64,000 bases of DNA from Thermoplasmatota archaeon (GCA_028279595.1 JANQNK010000001.1:160001-224000); one strand, 5' to 3'. Counted from the first letter of the stretch, positions 18,688-28,532 are shown. Program-made: numbers and translations. The notes: generated by a model not told the origin, from the sequence alone.

Positions 18688-19683
18688 TCAGGATAGGCGC
18701 TCGGGGCAGTTCTCCCTACGGGAGCAGTTGTGGCACTTGCCGGGCCTGTGGTGGTTCCTGTGGACGACGCCGCTCTTGATCTGCGACCTCATCAGGTCGA
18801 TCTTGTCCAGGACCAGGTCCCTGAGGTCCTCGTCGAAGTCGATCTTGAACTCCTTCTCCTTGTACCTGATCAGTCCGTACGGCGGGCGGGAGCGCGTATC
18901 CTCCAGGATAAGACAGTAGACCGCGATCTGAAGGATGTGCGAGAAGAACGGCCCCCTAGGGACCCTTCCTGTCTTTATCTCGACAGGGATCAGCTGGCCA
19001 TCGCGCTCGACTATCATATCGGGTCTGCCGGACAGGAGGTATGTCTTCGAGATTAGTAGTCTGGCGCCCTCCATGTCGTCAGTGTAACGTATCTTCCCAG
19101 ATGGCAGCTCCTGCTTGGTCCTCAGCCCGGTCGCTGTGTCGACGGCGTTCCAGAGCTTGTACAGGTAGATGGCCACGACGAGGAGCAGAAGGAGCGTGAT
19201 GATGAGGGGGATGAAGTTGGTGCTCTCGTACTGGAACAGCACGATCTTGTCGTACCTGGATGAATATAGATTGACCAATCCCGTGAAGAAGACCACCAAG
19301 GATGAGATTGAAAGCAGCCTGATGACATCCTTCGCCTTCTTCCTGTCGGGCTCGAGGACGAGGTAGTACATTGCCATCATCGCCCAGACGACCCCTATGA
19401 CCATCATTACGAAACCGATGTACCAACGCTGGCCCTGTGGTATCGTATAGGTAAGAGCGTGGATCGCGGTGATGAGGCCCACGACCATGAGACCGCGAAT
19501 GAGCTGGCGGGCGTCAGTGGCCTGGTCCTCGGCTATCATGACCTTCCCGGCCGTCTCGCCGACCTGCTTGTGCCTCTCGATACCCTTCTTGGTCTCCTCG
19601 GACGGCTTGTCCAATCCCTTCCTTTCAAGATACCAGCTCAGAGGGCAATAGCCGTATCGCTCCACATCGCTGGCCGAGATCAT
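18688..19683 (-). CDS. Solo Cas4/Dna2-like PD-(D/E)xK Fe-S nuclease with a 4-TM insertion
   Basis: SASDVERYGYCP, G...H, LSGRPD, PVEIKTG, QIAVY, CHNCSRRENC. Residues about 60-180 form four TM helices. Confidence 0.85.
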   Translation of the reverse strand: MISASDVERYGYCPLSWYLERKGLDKPSEETKKGIERHKQVGETAGKVMIAEDQATDARQLIRGLMVVGLITAIHALTYTIPQGQRWYIGFVMMVIGVVWAMMAMYYLVLEPDRKKAKDVIRLLSISSLVVFFTGLVNLYSSRYDKIVLFQYESTNFIPLIITLLLLLVVAIYLYKLWNAVDTATGLRTKQELPSGKIRYTDDMEGARLLISKTYLLSGRPDMIVERDGQLIPVEIKTGRVPRGPFFSHILQIAVYCLILEDTRSRPPYGLIRYKEKEFKIDFDEDLRDLVLDKIDLMRSQIKSGVVHRNHHRPGKCHNCSRRENCPERLS

Positions 19684-19744
19684 TTCATGGACGATAGTAT
19701 CCTCGCTCTTGATATCCTTCGGAAGTACCTTAAAACTTGCCCTG

Positions 19745-21292
19745 TCAGTGGAGGAACGTCCTCTGGCCAGATATCACCATGGCGATGCCGTGGTCGTCGG
19801 CCGCCTTGACGACCTCCTTGTCCTTGATCGAGCCGCCGGGCTGGATTATCGCCGAGATCCCAGCATCGGCCGCTGTCTCGACGCTGTCGGGGAACGGGAA
19901 GAAGCCGTCCGACGCCATTGCGGCGTTCTTGGCCTTCTTTCCGGCCTGATGCACTGCTATGGAGACGGAGTCGACCCTGGCCATCTGCCCAGCGCCGATA
20001 CCGACCGCCCTCGAGCCCTTTGCGACCACGATGGCGTTCGACTTGACATGTGTGCAGACCTTCCACGCGAACATCAGGCTCTTCCATTCGTCATCCGTGG
20101 GGCTCCTGATCGTGGCCGTCGTCATCCTGTCCTTCGCGTCGAGGTCCCGGCGCTGTCCGAGGAACGCGTTGCCTAGGCTTCTCAGCTCCAGCTCGTCGGC
20201 CTTGATCCTCGTCATGCCAGGCCATTTGATGACCCTGAGGTTCCTCTTCTTCGAAAGCACCTCGAGGGCCGATTCCGTGAACTCCGGTGCCACGACGACC
20301 TCGGTGAAGACCTTGATTATCTCTGCTGCGACGTCACCGCTGAGTTCCCGGTTCGTTCCAACGATACCGCCGAACGCTGCCCTCTTGTCGCACTCCAACG
20401 CTTGCTTATAAGCCTTCATCGGGTTGCTCGCGGATGCAACACCGCAAGGGTTGGTGTGCTTGATGATGACGACGGTGGGGCCGTCGAACTCGGAGACGAT
20501 CCTCGCAGCAGCGTCGATGTCCAGGAAGTTGTTGTAGGACATAGGCATCCCGTGGACCTGCTCCGCGTCGATGACCGACTCCCCTTCCTTCCACGTGTAG
20601 AGAGCACCTGTCTGGTCCGGGTTCTCGCCGTACCGGAGCTCGCTGGCCATGTTGAGCTTCAGGTCTATCCTCTCGGAGTGAACGGCCTCTTCCGTAGCGA
20701 CGGGGGTCTGTCCTCCTGACAGGTATCCATGTATCGCCGCGTCATATCTGCTGGTATGTAGGAACCCCTCCTGTGCAAGGGATGCGAGCGTGTCCTTGCC
20801 GATCCCTCCGGAGAGGTCGATCTCCGCGAGGACGGGAGCGTACTGTTCCGGCGATACGAGCACCGCGACGTCATCGTGGTTCTTCGCGGCCGCCCTGATG
20901 AGGCTAACGCCCCCGATGTCGATGTTCTCGATCATCTCGTCGTGGGCCTTGCCCAGCTCGAGGCACTTCTCGAACGGATAGAGGTTTACCACGACCATGT
21001 CGATGGTGCCGATGCCGAACTCACCGAGTACGGCCATGTGAATGGGATTGTCCCTCCTCGCTAGGATGCCCGCGTATATGTTCGGATGGAGGGTCTTCAC
21101 CCTTCCACCGAGGAGCTCGGGAGTGTCGGTGATCGTCTCGATCCGGGTGACGGGAATGCCTCCCTTCTCGAGGGTCAGGGCTGTGCCTCCGGTGGATATT
21201 ATGTCGACGTCCATTTCGGCCAAACGGCCCGTGAACTCCACTATGCCAGTCTTATCCGATACGCTGACCAGAGCCCTGCTAGGTCTCAACAT
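19745..21292 (-). CDS. purH: Bifunctional AICAR transformylase / IMP cyclohydrolase
   Basis: ALVSVSDKTG, GGRVKTLHP, ENIDIGG, LRYGENP, KHTNPCG, KSNAI, ASDGFFPF. Confidence 0.97.
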   Translation of the reverse strand: MLRPSRALVSVSDKTGIVEFTGRLAEMDVDIISTGGTALTLEKGGIPVTRIETITDTPELLGGRVKTLHPNIYAGILARRDNPIHMAVLGEFGIGTIDMVVVNLYPFEKCLELGKAHDEMIENIDIGGVSLIRAAAKNHDDVAVLVSPEQYAPVLAEIDLSGGIGKDTLASLAQEGFLHTSRYDAAIHGYLSGGQTPVATEEAVHSERIDLKLNMASELRYGENPDQTGALYTWKEGESVIDAEQVHGMPMSYNNFLDIDAAARIVSEFDGPTVVIIKHTNPCGVASASNPMKAYKQALECDKRAAFGGIVGTNRELSGDVAAEIIKVFTEVVVAPEFTESALEVLSKKRNLRVIKWPGMTRIKADELELRSLGNAFLGQRRDLDAKDRMTTATIRSPTDDEWKSLMFAWKVCTHVKSNAIVVAKGSRAVGIGAGQMARVDSVSIAVHQAGKKAKNAAMASDGFFPFPDSVETAADAGISAIIQPGGSIKDKEVVKAADDHGIAMVISGQRTFLH

Positions 21293-21402
21293 GCGCACAC
21301 CCCCAATATCTGGCCTAACGGCCCCCCGACAATAGCGCAACGTCTACTTTAATGTTGGGTCATTGGACGGTCCGGAACGTCGATGGCCGACGTCGAAGAA
21401 CA

Positions 21403-22488
21403 TCACTGATGGGACTTCGCGGTGTTCCCCATCAGGTGCAGTGCCGCAAGGGTCCCGATGGGTATCCTCGGGTCCGCGAACTCGCCGACGAACGTGCCCG
21501 ATCCCTGGAAGGCGCGCCCCTCGCCGAAGCATCTTCCGAGCTCCTCTCCGGCGTCGTTGACGGCGCTGAGGTCGAACGCGTAGCCGCCGGGCCCGGTGGT
21601 CATGTCACCCTTCATGGAGAGCAGTTTGCCGTCCGAGAACTGCAGGAAGATCGTCCGGGTGTCCCCGCTGAGCTTCTCGTACATGAACGCCAGGAGACCG
21701 TCTGTCGGAGTGAGTATCCTGAATACAGCGACGTTGGGGTCGATGACCTCGAGCTTGAGGTGGTCCTCGTCCTTGGCTCGGAACACCACGATCTCGGGGG
21801 ACCTCTCGCTACCTGTCAGGGAGACCTTCGGTCCCGAAGCATCGAAGAGGACCCTTCCCCCGTCGATCCTCATCCTAGTGGTGAACCTGGTCGGTCCCTC
21901 TGGGATCTCGGGTTCTGGAGGACCCGGAGCCCTCTTGACAGGCGGAGCGCCCCTGCCCTTCGGCGGCGGGCCCCTCCGTGGAGGTGGTGGTGGCGTCGGT
22001 ACCTGCAGGACCTTACCGACGACGACATCCTTCCCTCCCTTCACGGGCCTTCCCTTCGCCTGCCTCCTCATCGCCTTCCTTTCCGCCTTCTTACGCCTCG
22101 CCATGTCCTTTTCCCGCTGCTTCCTCGAGAGCGGTTTCATGGTCACGACCTTCGGCTCGGATGGAGGCGGTGGGGGTGGAGGCGTCTGCGGAACCTCCTG
22201 GAACGCCTGCTCGGGTGGGGGAGGTGGCGGTGGCAGGTCCCTCTTCTCGGGGAGCGGCTCCGACTCCGGTCTCGGCGGCGCCCCGCCGGGGAGCTCGGAA
22301 CCCTTCTCGGCGACCTCCTTCTCCTCCGGGGTAGACATCACCGCCGACGGCATCTTCGATGGCTTGATATTGACATTGGATTTGAAATTGCATCCCGGGC
22401 ACGAGATCATGAACTTGCCAGGACTGTCCGGGAGCTCGGTCGTGAACTCCTTCTTGCACTTCGGACACCTGATCTTCTGAACGCCCAT
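21403..22488 (-). CDS. Zn-ribbon + proline-rich linker + beta-rich C-terminal domain protein
   Basis: CPKC..CPGC, several poly-Pro runs, globular C-terminal region of about 160 aa. Confidence 0.65.
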   Translation of the reverse strand: MGVQKIRCPKCKKEFTTELPDSPGKFMISCPGCNFKSNVNIKPSKMPSAVMSTPEEKEVAEKGSELPGGAPPRPESEPLPEKRDLPPPPPPPEQAFQEVPQTPPPPPPPSEPKVVTMKPLSRKQREKDMARRKKAERKAMRRQAKGRPVKGGKDVVVGKVLQVPTPPPPPRRGPPPKGRGAPPVKRAPGPPEPEIPEGPTRFTTRMRIDGGRVLFDASGPKVSLTGSERSPEIVVFRAKDEDHLKLEVIDPNVAVFRILTPTDGLLAFMYEKLSGDTRTIFLQFSDGKLLSMKGDMTTGPGGYAFDLSAVNDAGEELGRCFGEGRAFQGSGTFVGEFADPRIPIGTLAALHLMGNTAKSHQ

Positions 22489-22490
22489 GA

Positions 22491-23204
22491 TCAACCCTCG
22501 TTCATCAGCTCCTCGATGACTGACAACATCCGCTCGAATATATAATCGTTGACTCTCTCCCCGAACTCGGCCGACGCAATGGTGGCGTCCCCTGTCCCGC
22601 CATCAGGGAACATGACCTCGGGGTCCGGGCGGATGATGTAGCGGGACGTCCGTTCAGTCCTCAACGCTTTCCCCTCGCCCACCAGTTCGGGACGGGCGAC
22701 CATCATCCTCGATGTCTCCATCATGCCGGCATGGCCGTCGCCATCGGGTATGTCCTCGAAGCCGTACCCGACCTCGTAGCACGAGAGGACAGCGATCCTG
22801 ACACCCCTGTTCCTTACCACATCCCCTGCGGCGAACCTTAGAGCGGCCATGTGACCGCTTCCAGCGTGACTGGACATTACGAGAACGTGCTTGAAACCAT
22901 CCTCCACCACCTGGTCAAGGATATCATGGACGATGCTCCTGACGGATTCTGGACGAACTGCTATCGTCCCGGAGAAGTTTCTAGTGGACGAACACTGGCC
23001 ATACGGGATCCCCGGCAGTATCACGACACCATCCATCCGTTCTGACAATCCCTCGACGACGTGGAGAGCGGTCTGCCAGTCGGTGCCTGTCGGCAGATGG
23101 GACCCGTGCCCCTCGATCGCCCCTACTGGGAGCACCAGGAGCGTCCTGTCCCTGTCAAGGTCCCTTATCTCGTCAGCGTTCAGCTCCTCCCAGAGTACAG
23201 GCAT
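22491..23204 (-). CDS. Creatininase family amidohydrolase (ArfB/MftE-like)
   Basis: LPVGAIEGHGSHLPTGTD, H.G, DGHAGMMETS. Confidence 0.88.
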   Translation of the reverse strand: MPVLWEELNADEIRDLDRDRTLLVLPVGAIEGHGSHLPTGTDWQTALHVVEGLSERMDGVVILPGIPYGQCSSTRNFSGTIAVRPESVRSIVHDILDQVVEDGFKHVLVMSSHAGSGHMAALRFAAGDVVRNRGVRIAVLSCYEVGYGFEDIPDGDGHAGMMETSRMMVARPELVGEGKALRTERTSRYIIRPDPEVMFPDGGTGDATIASAEFGERVNDYIFERMLSVIEELMNEG

Positions 23205-23422
23205 TGTATCCCCCGACCCCGATTGTGCTCGGTCAATTAACATTTTCCCATGTTCTACACATGCGATAGCCGTACCTTGCCCCGTTCGGACCTCGATAAG
23301 ATACTCCTATTTTCTCGCTCATGTCAAAACATCGAACCAATGTCTATTAAAGATGTAAAAAGACCGCACTAATCTTGACTTAAACCTCGGCCGTCTAGTA
23401 TTATTCAGAGGAGAGGAAAAAG

Positions 23423-23521
23423 ATGGTGAAGGAAAACAGGTTCGAGATGGTCCGGTTCGATCTCAAGAGGCCCAACCGCTACACGATGATCGACGGAAAC
23501 CTCATCCGCGTCTTCGAGTGA
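23423..23521 (+). CDS. Putative 32-aa microprotein
   Basis: MVKENRFEMVRFDLKRPNRYTMIDGNLIRVFE; strong SD GAGGAGAGG; C/G-ending codons. Confidence 0.5.
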   Translation: MVKENRFEMVRFDLKRPNRYTMIDGNLIRVFE

Positions 23522-23607
23522 ACGGGACTCGCTCGGAGTAGACTGGAGACCGTGGTACCTACCATCAGCTCTCTTCTTCAAGCCAAGGAAAGGGGAAAGG
23601 TGAGAAC

Positions 23608-23934
23608 ATGTACGACTCTGTCGGCGATACCGTCGTGGCCGGGGAACTACTGATCAAGAACGCCCTGAAGGGCGAGATCGAAAGGAGGATACTGGAACTA
23701 CTTCAGACACGCTTCAAGGGCACAGCTTCCCTGGTGGACCTCGAGATCATGATGAGGCTGCCAAGGGAGGAGATGGCCCTGGAGCTGGTGAACCTCTACA
23801 GGGCGGGACTGGTCTCGAAGGAGGTCCGGGCAAGCCCGGGAGCCAGGCCGTACATGAGGACCTGCATCTACACGATCACCGAAAAGGGCATTGACGGACT
23901 CCTGCGGCTCAACGGGGACGTGGAGAAGAAGTAA
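23608..23934 (+). CDS. Winged-helix DNA-binding protein
   Basis: RRILELL..L..L...GLV...Y.ITEKG winged-HTH pattern. Confidence 0.7.
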   Translation: MYDSVGDTVVAGELLIKNALKGEIERRILELLQTRFKGTASLVDLEIMMRLPREEMALELVNLYRAGLVSKEVRASPGARPYMRTCIYTITEKGIDGLLRLNGDVEKK

Positions 23935-24036
23935 TTCTAGGACACTGTAGGAGTATGGTGTGGCATCCCATTTTCCTCTGATTATGGGTGGTGGAAGGGT
24001 ATAAGTATCGAATAACGAAATTGCCCACGAGGGACC

Positions 24037-24837
24037 ATGAAAGAGTCTGTCATGTTGATATGCATTCTACTCCTTATAGGATCAACTGGTTGCATCGAAG
24101 ATAAAGACGATTCGAAAGGAACGAGGAATAAAGCTGGAACACCTCCTGATATCGCCGGTGATCATAATTGGTTCTACGGAAAGTTGATCGAATCGGCCGA
24201 TATGGAAACATTAATTTACTACGAAGCGAACGATCTTGAGGTTACGATCAAAGAAGGTTATGACTATTCAAATTTGACCGAACTGGAGTATATTACTTGG
24301 GTCATTATAGATAAAACCGGTACCCGATCAGCTTTCGAAGATTGGGTGCGATGTGATGATGGCATTAACATTCGGTTTCCTCTTACAGGAACACCACCGT
24401 TCTCCTTGTCCGTTCGAGCATCACTGATCATTGATATCGAATTCTCGGAAAAGGTCTATTGGTATTACTCACAGTACGAAGATAGAAACGTTAAGATCGA
24501 TTTATCACCAGGCATTTTAAGCACGCATGACGAAGCCGTATTCGATCTGGACCATCTTCTTGCTGAGAGTCCGAACGGGATTGGACTACATATTGACGGA
24601 ATTGACGATGAAGGAAATCTCACCATTTATGAACCAGATGGAACCATATTTTATTGGCACAATCGCGAAGGAGGATCCACTGAATCAAACTGGGCTAATC
24701 AATCACTTGACTGTCAAGGATGGCAAATCGAGTTGGACCTTCATCAGGAGTCGACCGGACAAACCACCTGGAATGTCACAATAAGATATCGTATTGTAGA
24801 CCCTGACATTCTGGAATCATTGGGATTCGATATTTAG
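24037..24837 (+). CDS. Putative lipoprotein, AT-rich
   Basis: Signal peptide with lipobox STG-C followed by IED; visibly lower GC than its flanks. Confidence 0.7.
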   Translation: MKESVMLICILLLIGSTGCIEDKDDSKGTRNKAGTPPDIAGDHNWFYGKLIESADMETLIYYEANDLEVTIKEGYDYSNLTELEYITWVIIDKTGTRSAFEDWVRCDDGINIRFPLTGTPPFSLSVRASLIIDIEFSEKVYWYYSQYEDRNVKIDLSPGILSTHDEAVFDLDHLLAESPNGIGLHIDGIDDEGNLTIYEPDGTIFYWHNREGGSTESNWANQSLDCQGWQIELDLHQESTGQTTWNVTIRYRIVDPDILESLGFDI

Positions 24838-24980
24838 CTGGGTAGCGGGTACAGGGACCGGACGTCGACAAGAATTTACGAGAAGAGAAAAGTCCAGGCC
24901 AGACTATCTCTAATTAACCGTTGTGTCACGGTCCGACCGCAATTTTGATAGATGATGTACCTTATCCGCCTTCGGTTCAC

Positions 24981-25880
24981 ATGGACCTTCAGAAGCGAGG
25001 AGAGCGCATAGCGGCGGTCACCGCAGTATTCCTGATCTCGGTAGGTGTGCTTCAGATCGTCCTCGGTCAGACCATCTCCAAGAGCGTCGCGCTCACTGCC
25101 AATGGCATCGACTGTGTGGGCGACGGCTTCATCTCGTTCATCGTTTTCATCGGATTCCGGTATGTCCGGCGGCCGGCAGATCACAAGTACCATTTCGGTT
25201 ACTACAAGTTCGAGAGCGTGGCTTCGGTCGCTGCCGCCACGGTGATGGTGTTCCTGGCGGTCTACATCATATGGAGGTCCTACCTGCAGGTGCTCGATCC
25301 CCACGAGGTGGAGAACGTCGTGCTCGGAGCGTCCGTCGCCTATATCGCCGCTGCTGGAGCGATCGCACTAGGAGTGTACAAGTATCGGAATGCCAAGGCG
25401 ATGGAGCTGGGTTCCGCTCGACTGGAGGCGTTCAATACGGTCAAGGACGGAACGGCGTCGTTCCTGGCCGCAACCTCTCTCGTCATATCCAGCATGGGCT
25501 ATCCCATAGCCGACGCCATCGCGGGCTTCATCATCTCGATAATCCTGCTTTTCGTGGGTTTCACGGCGATGAAGGAAGCTGGATACATCCTCGTCGACGC
25601 CTGCGATTACAAGTGCATCGATTACAGTGCGGTCATCCGGAAAAGATTGTCAAAATACGAGGAGATCAGGGACAGGAAGGTCAGCCTTCGTCGGACGGGT
25701 CCTGTTTACATGGGCGAGATCATCATCGAGGTGGACGGGGAGATGACGATCGAGCACATCGACGGCCTGCGGGAGAAGGTCAGGAAGGACGCTGTCCGGG
25801 TGGTCCCCAACCTGGAGAGGCTGACCATCAGCGCCGTCCCTTTCGTTGAAAAGGACCCCGATGAAGAACCCGACCAGTAG
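24981..25880 (+). CDS. Cation diffusion facilitator (FieF-like) transporter
   Basis: SVAL.A...D...D, PADHKYHFGYYKFE, six TMs, RRTG in the C-terminal domain. Confidence 0.9.
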   Translation: MDLQKRGERIAAVTAVFLISVGVLQIVLGQTISKSVALTANGIDCVGDGFISFIVFIGFRYVRRPADHKYHFGYYKFESVASVAAATVMVFLAVYIIWRSYLQVLDPHEVENVVLGASVAYIAAAGAIALGVYKYRNAKAMELGSARLEAFNTVKDGTASFLAATSLVISSMGYPIADAIAGFIISIILLFVGFTAMKEAGYILVDACDYKCIDYSAVIRKRLSKYEEIRDRKVSLRRTGPVYMGEIIIEVDGEMTIEHIDGLREKVRKDAVRVVPNLERLTISAVPFVEKDPDEEPDQ

Positions 25881-25893
25881 GCGAGGGGAAGAT

Positions 25894-26050
25894 CGGGTGC
25901 CGGACCAGTGAAAAGTAATGTATTGACGAGAATCCTTTTCACTGGGCCAGTCGATCCCGCAGGATCGACGTAAATAAGCAGGAATCAGCACCATCCTTCG
26001 TGTCAACCTGGAATTGACGTAAGAAGGATGGTGCGGGTGCCGGGATTTGA
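25894..26050. repeat. tRNA-Gly 3'-end copies (att-like) and an 11-bp inverted repeat
   Basis: 26032-26050 equals 26191-26209 and is preceded by TGG (CCA on the minus strand). A short copy CGGGTGCCGG sits at 25894-25903. IR arms are CCAGTGAAAAG (25905-25915) and CTTTTCACTGG (25935-25945). Confidence 0.75.
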
Positions 26051-26190
26051 CCGTGATGATGCAAAGCATCATCCGGGTTCCTCAAATGGCTGGCTGTTGC
26101 CGATAGCATTTGACGAACACCCTGTTCGAGAGCGGGTTCACATCCGCGACGCACTCCCACTCCAATGAGTGATCGTTGAAAATTGGGGAG

Positions 26191-26263
26191 TGCGGGTGCC
26201 GGGATTTGAACCCGAGTTATAAGCTTGGCAAGCTTAAGTGATACCAGGCTACACTACACCCGC
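26191..26263 (-). tRNA. tRNA-Gly(GCC), CCA not encoded
   Basis: Reverse complement: GCGGGTGTAGTGTAGCCTGGTATCACTTAAGCTTGCCAAGCTTATAACTCGGGTTCAAATCCCGGCACCCGCA. Confidence 0.95.
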
Positions 26264-27852
26264 AAGTGCTATCCGTGAAAAATGGGCTGGTTCATAAAGA
26301 TTGCGATGACGATCCTTGAAGAATAATACAAGAAGTAAAGCTAATATCAGTACCTGGGTACTAAATCCCGGTATTCCATCGTCATCGGAAGAACGAGGTT
26401 GATTCTCCACTTCTGGTTCATATGGGACGGTTACGGAGACGACATCAGTTGTAAATGACTCTCCATGCTCATTGAACGAACATACACGATAGTTGTAGGT
26501 AATGTTTCCTGTTGTCGACTTGTCGATCCACTCCACTGTATCATTGTCATTGGTGACAATGAGTTCGAGAACATCATCAATCTTACCATATGGTCTCCAG
26601 TCTTTCTCCTTAACGATCCGGTAACCTGTTAGTGGACTTGATCCAGAATCCTTCGGTCTAGTCCATTGTAGTACGTTCCCTGTACCTGGTTGATAATGTA
26701 CTGTTAAATTCGTTGGGGAGTCTGGCGCGAATTGGATTTATATCTGAATAGGCTGGTTTCATTGAAAGAAAAGTAATGATAACCGTTCAAATTCGGTGTC
26801 TGGATGACTAATCCATGAACGGTATATTTTGGCGGATCTATGGCCCCCTTAATTGTCTCGTTCCATATAATGGAATGATGTTCTGTATGAGAATGGTAAT
26901 GCAATTTCCCAGATTGAATGAACACTGAAACATTCGGATCTGATAGTGCGTTGCACCCACGATAAACCCGCTCCTTAATTGTCCGGTTCCAAAGAACGAT
27001 CCCCTCGGTGTCTAGGCATGTTATCCAAGGTCTAGAATTACCTTTAATCCTGTGGTTCAGGACATATTCTGTTTCATTTATCGAGATCGCAAACCCAGCT
27101 TGATCGTATTTGGTATCTCCTAATTTATTCTTCCACTCAACATTTCCGTCGGAATCTACTTTCACTACAACAATCCGTGGTATCCTCCCATACGTCTCCA
27201 GACCTAGGAATCCTCCATCTGGTGTCTCATACAATGAGGATGGATAATCGGAGTTATCGGTCCCGTGAGTCTCATTCGAAAATTCTATGCCTGTTTGGTT
27301 AATCCTCACCCACCAAATATCATGACCGCCCTTACCATATGATTCAGTGATCCCAGACACGAAATATCCGTTACTTCTTTCAACAATCCACGCGCCACTC
27401 TCGTGATCATTACCACCATAGGTTTTATTCCAGCTGATATCACCATCATTTGTTAGCTTGGTTAATATAATACTTGAATCATGAAGGCGAATGTCGTCTG
27501 ACCCACCGATCAAATATCCGTTATCTGATGTATGGATGAAGGTCTTTGGAACACCCGTGAATTCTGATTTCCAAACAGTTTTAAAATCGCCATCAACAAA
27601 CAAAACCACACTATTCCTATAATTATCCGCTTGTGGTGCATTTTTCGTACATAGTATCGCATGACCATTGTCAATCTGGATTATTCCGTTGACATTTACG
27701 ATCTCCTCCAATATGGATTTCTCCTCAACAACGATTGGTGTGCCTGCTTGACATTGACCAAGTACCAAAATCGAACATAGAAGTACCAACAGAGGTCCCA
27801 ACTTCACTCGCGGTAAATACACAAACGTATTAAATAATCTTTCCAAAGACAT
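26249..27852 (-). pseudogene. Frameshifted secreted protein: beta-propeller-like repeats + FN3 + PGF-CTERM-like anchor, AT-rich
   Basis: Adding one A to the AAA run at 26737-26739 joins ORF 26704..27852 to a frame reading YKIQFAPDSPTNLTV..W.RP..GSSPLTGYRI..YNYRVCSFNEHGES..IPGF-TM-KDRHR. Confidence 0.7.
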
Positions 27853-27884
27853 GGTATTATTATCATGAATGTTATTACATAATC

Positions 27885-28511
27885 ATGCTCCGTGTGTACG
27901 AGATCTTCAGGTCGATACAGGGAGAGGGGACCATGATGGGTGTGCCGACGGCCTTCGTCAGGCTCGAGGGGTGCAACCTCCGCTGTCGATGGTGCGACAC
28001 CAAGTTCGCCTACGAGGGCGGACGCGAGATGGAGATCGAAGACATCGTCTCGACGGTCGACAAGTTCGGGCTGATGGAGGTCTGCATCACCGGCGGAGAG
28101 CCCCTGATGCAGGACGTCATGCCTCTGGTCCAGACCTTGCTTTCGAAGGGCTATCATATCCTACTGGAAACGAACGGTTCGATCAGCATCAGCGACTATC
28201 TGCTCGACGGCGTGATGATCAGCATGGACTGGAAGGTGCCGTCATCCGGTGAGAGCGACGGGATGCTCCTCGACAACCTGGTGCATCTGCGGCCCACAGA
28301 CCAGATCAAGTTCGTCGTCGAGAACCCCGACGACCTCGCATACATAGCGAAGTTCCTGAACGATGTCGACATCAAGGCGCCTGCGGTCGTCCAGCCCGTC
28401 GGTGGATTGAACCTGGAATGGCTCGTCGACGCAGTCCTCACGAATGGAATGAATGTCCGCGTCATGCCACAATTGCACAAGTTCATCTGGGGCGAGGAAC
28501 GCGGAGTCTGA
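27885..28511 (+). CDS. queE: 7-carboxy-7-deazaguanine synthase (radical SAM)
   Basis: EIFRSIQGEG, FVRLEGCNLRCRWCDT, ITGGEP, ETNG, QLHK. Confidence 0.93.
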   Translation: MLRVYEIFRSIQGEGTMMGVPTAFVRLEGCNLRCRWCDTKFAYEGGREMEIEDIVSTVDKFGLMEVCITGGEPLMQDVMPLVQTLLSKGYHILLETNGSISISDYLLDGVMISMDWKVPSSGESDGMLLDNLVHLRPTDQIKFVVENPDDLAYIAKFLNDVDIKAPAVVQPVGGLNLEWLVDAVLTNGMNVRVMPQLHKFIWGEERGV

Positions 28512-28532
28512 GGAAACCATAACTCATCGACA

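Noticed and set aside
15805-21292. Bacterial-type rpe and purH as contamination or novelty
   Set aside because: They sit among archaeal genes with matching codon style, and such genes are known from Thermoplasmata and some other archaea.
24037-27852. Intact integrated element at tRNA-Gly
   Set aside because: No integrase or replication genes; the AT-rich genes lie on both sides of the tRNA and are interrupted by a host-like CDF gene.
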